DNA of 64,000 nucleotides, from assembly GCA_950097015.1 (NCBI GenBank), contig CATNEN010000003.1, positions 3,410,001 through 3,474,000 on the forward strand, written 5' to 3'. This stretch comes from Macrostomum hystrix (Eukaryota > Animalia > Platyhelminthes). Position 1 is the stretch's first letter. Each line of letters opens with the position of its first letter. This document shows, piece after piece, positions 60,737 to 64,000 of the stretch. The notes below the pieces were generated by a model, which saw only the letters and a program-made list of their open reading frames with translations, did not search any database and had not been told where the DNA came from. The position numbers were made by a program, and so were the translations under genes.

Positions 60737-63700
60737 TCAAGACGAGTGCCAGGATTCCACAGGCGCCACAGTAGCTGAACTCCAGTGCGAGTCAAACTGC
60801 TGGAGCCGTCTCAGTCTGGACAGTCGAGCCTTGTACCTCTGCACGGAGCCGTCTGTCCGACCAATCGACAGCGGCTTCCGCTGAAGGCCGGCAAACTTGC
60901 GCAGCGGCTTCCTGGCGGAGACTTCGCGAAGCCTGCGCGTCAGTTGGACATTGAAGCTAGACGTGGCTGCGGCAGTTGCGGCTGCGGTGGCCACTGTCGA
61001 TAGTACCGCTGCGGTTGCAGCTACATCCGCATCGGCGTCATTATCGACGGTTGTTGGCGTGGAGCCGGCGGACACGTCTGGAGCAACGCTCGCTGATAAT
61101 TTGGCGTTGCAGAGCAGCGTCAGAGGCTTGACGATGACGCACCAGATGATGCTGAACAGCAAGCTGGCTGACAGTAGGGTTAATGACACCGTGGCGATAA
61201 TTCGAACCAAGGACCGTGGAGGCTTCACAGTCATGTCTGACGCTTCGGTTGTCTGAATCAAATCAGTCTGCCGGGTCATTGACCTTGGCGTTGTTGCTGT
61301 GGATGTACCCCTTGAAATGATCGCAGTCCTTGAAGTGAAATTTTTCAATGTTCGTGGCAGAGTTGTTGCCTGTTCGCTAGCCAGCGGTGTTGCGGTTGTC
61401 CTCTGAAGGGTCGTTAGCTGCCTTGAAATCATTTGAGGTCTTGTTGATTCTGGTCTAGTTGCGGTAGGATTTGTTGGTAGAGGCAGTCTCGTAGTCGAAG
61501 GTGATCGTGCTGTTGATTCTGGTCTAGTTGCGGTAGGATTTGTTGGTAGAGGCAGTCTCGTAGTCGAAGGTGATCGTGCTGTTGATGCTGGTCTTGCTGC
61601 CGATTGAGCCCATGTTGTCAACGAGGTCCGTGTTGTCAATAATGACTGTGCTGATGATGGTGGCCGCGGTTTCGAGGTTGGAGTTGTTGATTTTTGCCTT
61701 GTCATCAATGAGGACAGTGTCATTGATGGCAGTCTAGTTGACGAGGGTAGTCTTGTTGCTAATTCTGATGCGCCTGAAACTGGTCTTGTTGACAATGGTA
61801 AACGAGCTGTTGATGATGAGCTTGTTGATGGCAGCCGTGTTATTGATGGCGGTCTTGTTATTGATGGTGACATTGTTGTTGATGGCGGTCTTGTTGTTGA
61901 TGGTGACATTGTTGTTGATGGCGGTCTTGTTGTTGATGGCGGTCTTGTTGTTGATGGTGACATTGTTGTTGATGGCGGTCTTGTTGTTGATGGCGACATT
62001 GTTGTTGATGGCGGTCTTGTTGTTGATGGCGACATTGTTGTTAATGGCGGTCTAGTTGTTGATGGCGGTCTTGTTGTTGATGGCGACATTGTTGTTGATG
62101 GCGGTCTAGTTGTTGATGGCGGTCTTGTTGTTAATGGCGGTCTTGTTGTTGATGGCGGTCTTGTTGTTGATGGCGGTCTAGTTGTTGATGACGGTCTTGT
62201 TGTTGATGGCGGTCTTGTTGTTGATGGCGGTCTTGTTGTTGATGGCGGTCTTGTTGTTGATGGCGGTCTTGTTGTTGATGGCGGTCTAGTTGTTGATGGC
62301 GGTCTTGTTGTTGATGGCGACATTGTTGTTGATGGCGGTTTTGTTCTTGATGGTGAAATTGTTGTTAATGGCGGTCTAGTTGTTGATGGCGGTCTAGTTG
62401 TTGATGGCGGTCTAGTTGTTGATGGCGGTCTAGTTGTTGATGGCGGTCTAGTTGTTGATGGCGGTCTAGTTGTTGATGGCGGTCTTGTTGTTGATGGCGG
62501 TCTAGTTGTTGATGGTGGTCTAGTTGTTGATGGCGACATTGTTGTTGATGGCGTTCTAGCTGTTGATGCTGACATTGTTCTTGAAGGCTGTCCTTCTGTT
62601 GATGTCGTTCTAGTTGTTGATAGCGGTCTAGTGGTTGCTAGTAACATCGTTGTTGATGAGTGCCTTGTTGTTGACGCTGACCTTGTGGTTGCTAGTGACG
62701 TAGCTGATTGTGACCTTGTGGTTGCTAGTGACGTAGCTGATGGTGACCTTGTGGTTGCTAGTGACGTAGCTGATGGTGACCTTGTGGTTGCTAGTGACGT
62801 AGCTGATGGTAACCTTGTGGTTGCTAGTGACGTAGCTGATGGTGACCTTGTGGTTGCTTGTGACGTAGCTGATGGTGACCTTGTGGTTGCTAGTGACGTA
62901 GCTGATGGTGACCTTGTGGTTGCTAGTGACGTAGCTGATGGTAACCTTGTGGTTGCTAGTGACGTAGCTGATGGTAACCTTGTGGTTGCTAGTGACGTAG
63001 CTGATGGTAACCTTGTGGTTGCTAGTGACGTAGCTGATGGTGACCTTGTTGCTGATGGGATCAATGTTGTTATTGGTGACTCAGTTGCAGGCTGTAAATG
63101 TGGCGTTATAATTGTTTGTAACCCTGTTGATTGCGATATTGTTGATAGTTGTTGGGCTCCCATGGTTGCTTGCGGACTTGTTAGCTGTGTCGGCACTGAT
63201 GTTGTGGTCAATTGAAGTCGTGTTTGTTCTTTTCTTGTCGTGAACTGTGATCCTGTTGTTGACATTTTTGGGGGTGATGTTGTGGTCAATGGTGTTGGTA
63301 ATTGAGCTCTTGAGGTCTTTGTTTTAAATGTCGTGGTACTTATGGTCATCGGCATTCTTGTTGTCATTCGAGTGGTTCTGATAGACGCAAAAACGGTTGA
63401 AGTTGTTGGCCAAGTGCTTGTTTGAGATTCAGTTTCAGCTCTTATCAGCTCAGTTGCTGATCTGTCTTCAGTTGTTTCTGCTGGTCCTGTTATTGACGTG
63501 GACGAAGCTACAGTTGTGCTCTCATGATAAGCTTCTTGTGAAGGCGACAGGTTTGAATTTGCTTGTGACGTAACGTCGGAGCCAACTGCAATGGAAGATC
63601 GATGAAGACTGCTTGACGGAGCGAAAGTCTGATCAGTCACGATGGCTGATGGTTGCGCTAAAAAGGTTATCAGTAGAAAGACCATCACGATATTTCCCTC

Positions 63701-63751
63701 TAGGGAAAGGATTAAAAATACCCTGGTCTTTCTACTGTTTATCATGCACAT
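60737..63751 (-). CDS. Gene D: membrane-anchored mucin-like S/T/P/R-rich glycoprotein (up to 1004 aa)
   Basis: Single ORF with non-repetitive flanks; hydrophobic leader (IVMVFLLITFLAQPSA); repeats SATSLATTRLP and PPSTTR; TM IIATVSLTLLSASLLFSIIWCVIV; cytoplasmic tail. Exact start Met uncertain. Confidence 0.85.
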   Translation of the reverse strand: MCMINSRKTRVFLILSLEGNIVMVFLLITFLAQPSAIVTDQTFAPSSSLHRSSIAVGSDVTSQANSNLSPSQEAYHESTTVASSTSITGPAETTEDRSATELIRAETESQTSTWPTTSTVFASIRTTRMTTRMPMTISTTTFKTKTSRAQLPTPLTTTSPPKMSTTGSQFTTRKEQTRLQLTTTSVPTQLTSPQATMGAQQLSTISQSTGLQTIITPHLQPATESPITTLIPSATRSPSATSLATTRLPSATSLATTRLPSATSLATTRLPSATSLATTRSPSATSLATTRSPSATSQATTRSPSATSLATTRLPSATSLATTRSPSATSLATTRSPSATSLATTRSQSATSLATTRSASTTRHSSTTMLLATTRPLSTTRTTSTEGQPSRTMSASTARTPSTTMSPSTTRPPSTTRPPSTTRPPSTTRPPSTTRPPSTTRPPSTTRPPSTTRPPSTTRPPLTTISPSRTKPPSTTMSPSTTRPPSTTRPPSTTRPPSTTRPPSTTRPPSTTRPPSTTRPSSTTRPPSTTRPPSTTRPPLTTRPPSTTRPPSTTMSPSTTRPPSTTRPPLTTMSPSTTRPPSTTMSPSTTRPPSTTMSPSTTRPPSTTRPPSTTMSPSTTRPPSTTMSPSITRPPSITRLPSTSSSSTARLPLSTRPVSGASELATRLPSSTRLPSMTLSSLMTRQKSTTPTSKPRPPSSAQSLLTTRTSLTTWAQSAARPASTARSPSTTRLPLPTNPTATRPESTARSPSTTRLPLPTNPTATRPESTRPQMISRQLTTLQRTTATPLASEQATTLPRTLKNFTSRTAIISRGTSTATTPRSMTRQTDLIQTTEASDMTVKPPRSLVRIIATVSLTLLSASLLFSIIWCVIVKPLTLLCNAKLSASVAPDVSAGSTPTTVDNDADADVAATAAVLSTVATAAATAAATSSFNVQLTRRLREVSARKPLRKFAGLQRKPLSIGRTDGSVQRYKARLSRLRRLQQFDSHWSSATVAPVESWHSS

Positions 63752-64000
63752 GTCATTGTTCTTCTCAAGATTAAGACCAGTACAGACCAGCGGTCAGAAC
63801 GCAGAAAACTTACCAGATGAATTATCAGCGAAACTAACATTAACTGGCGCTGCACGAGACAAATTCACGAAGACAAGCAGAAAAGCAATATAGTTCAGTA
63901 ACATATTTTATTTACTACTTAATTTCCACAAGTTGCACCTTCAAATGGTGTGTCCATCAATCCGAACTGATAATTGACTTTTCTAGGTCGTGTTGTTGTA

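Overview
This window is eukaryotic (animal) DNA, not prokaryotic. It has GT-AG introns, tRNA-derived SINEs, hAT-type MITEs and many different minisatellites that make up roughly 40% of the sequence by eye. The style of GC-rich exons in minisatellite-filled introns resembles Macrostomum-like flatworm genomes; that assignment is an inference. Four protein genes are supportable. (A) A minus-strand single-pass membrane protein with a degenerate C-type-lectin-like ectodomain (19992-21206). (B) A minus-strand two-exon membrane mucin with acidic TTEAP repeats (28776-31625). (C) A plus-strand gene of at least 17 phase-consistent exons (39503-59884, about 1180 aa, start not found) encoding a degenerate Rab-GAP/TBC domain plus C2-like domains. 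(D) A minus-strand membrane mucin with basic PPSTTR repeats (60737-63751). Most ORFs in the supplied track are artefacts of the tandem repeats. The most notable patterns are: a non-autonomous hAT element with perfect 8-bp TSDs that carries the window's dominant 16-bp minisatellite; a 4.4-kb foldback-like inverted pair of those arrays; a different private minisatellite in every long intron of gene C, often starting just after the donor; and an apparently catalytically dead TBC + C2 protein. No CRISPR array, rRNA or intact tRNA gene was found. Repeat boundaries are approximate.
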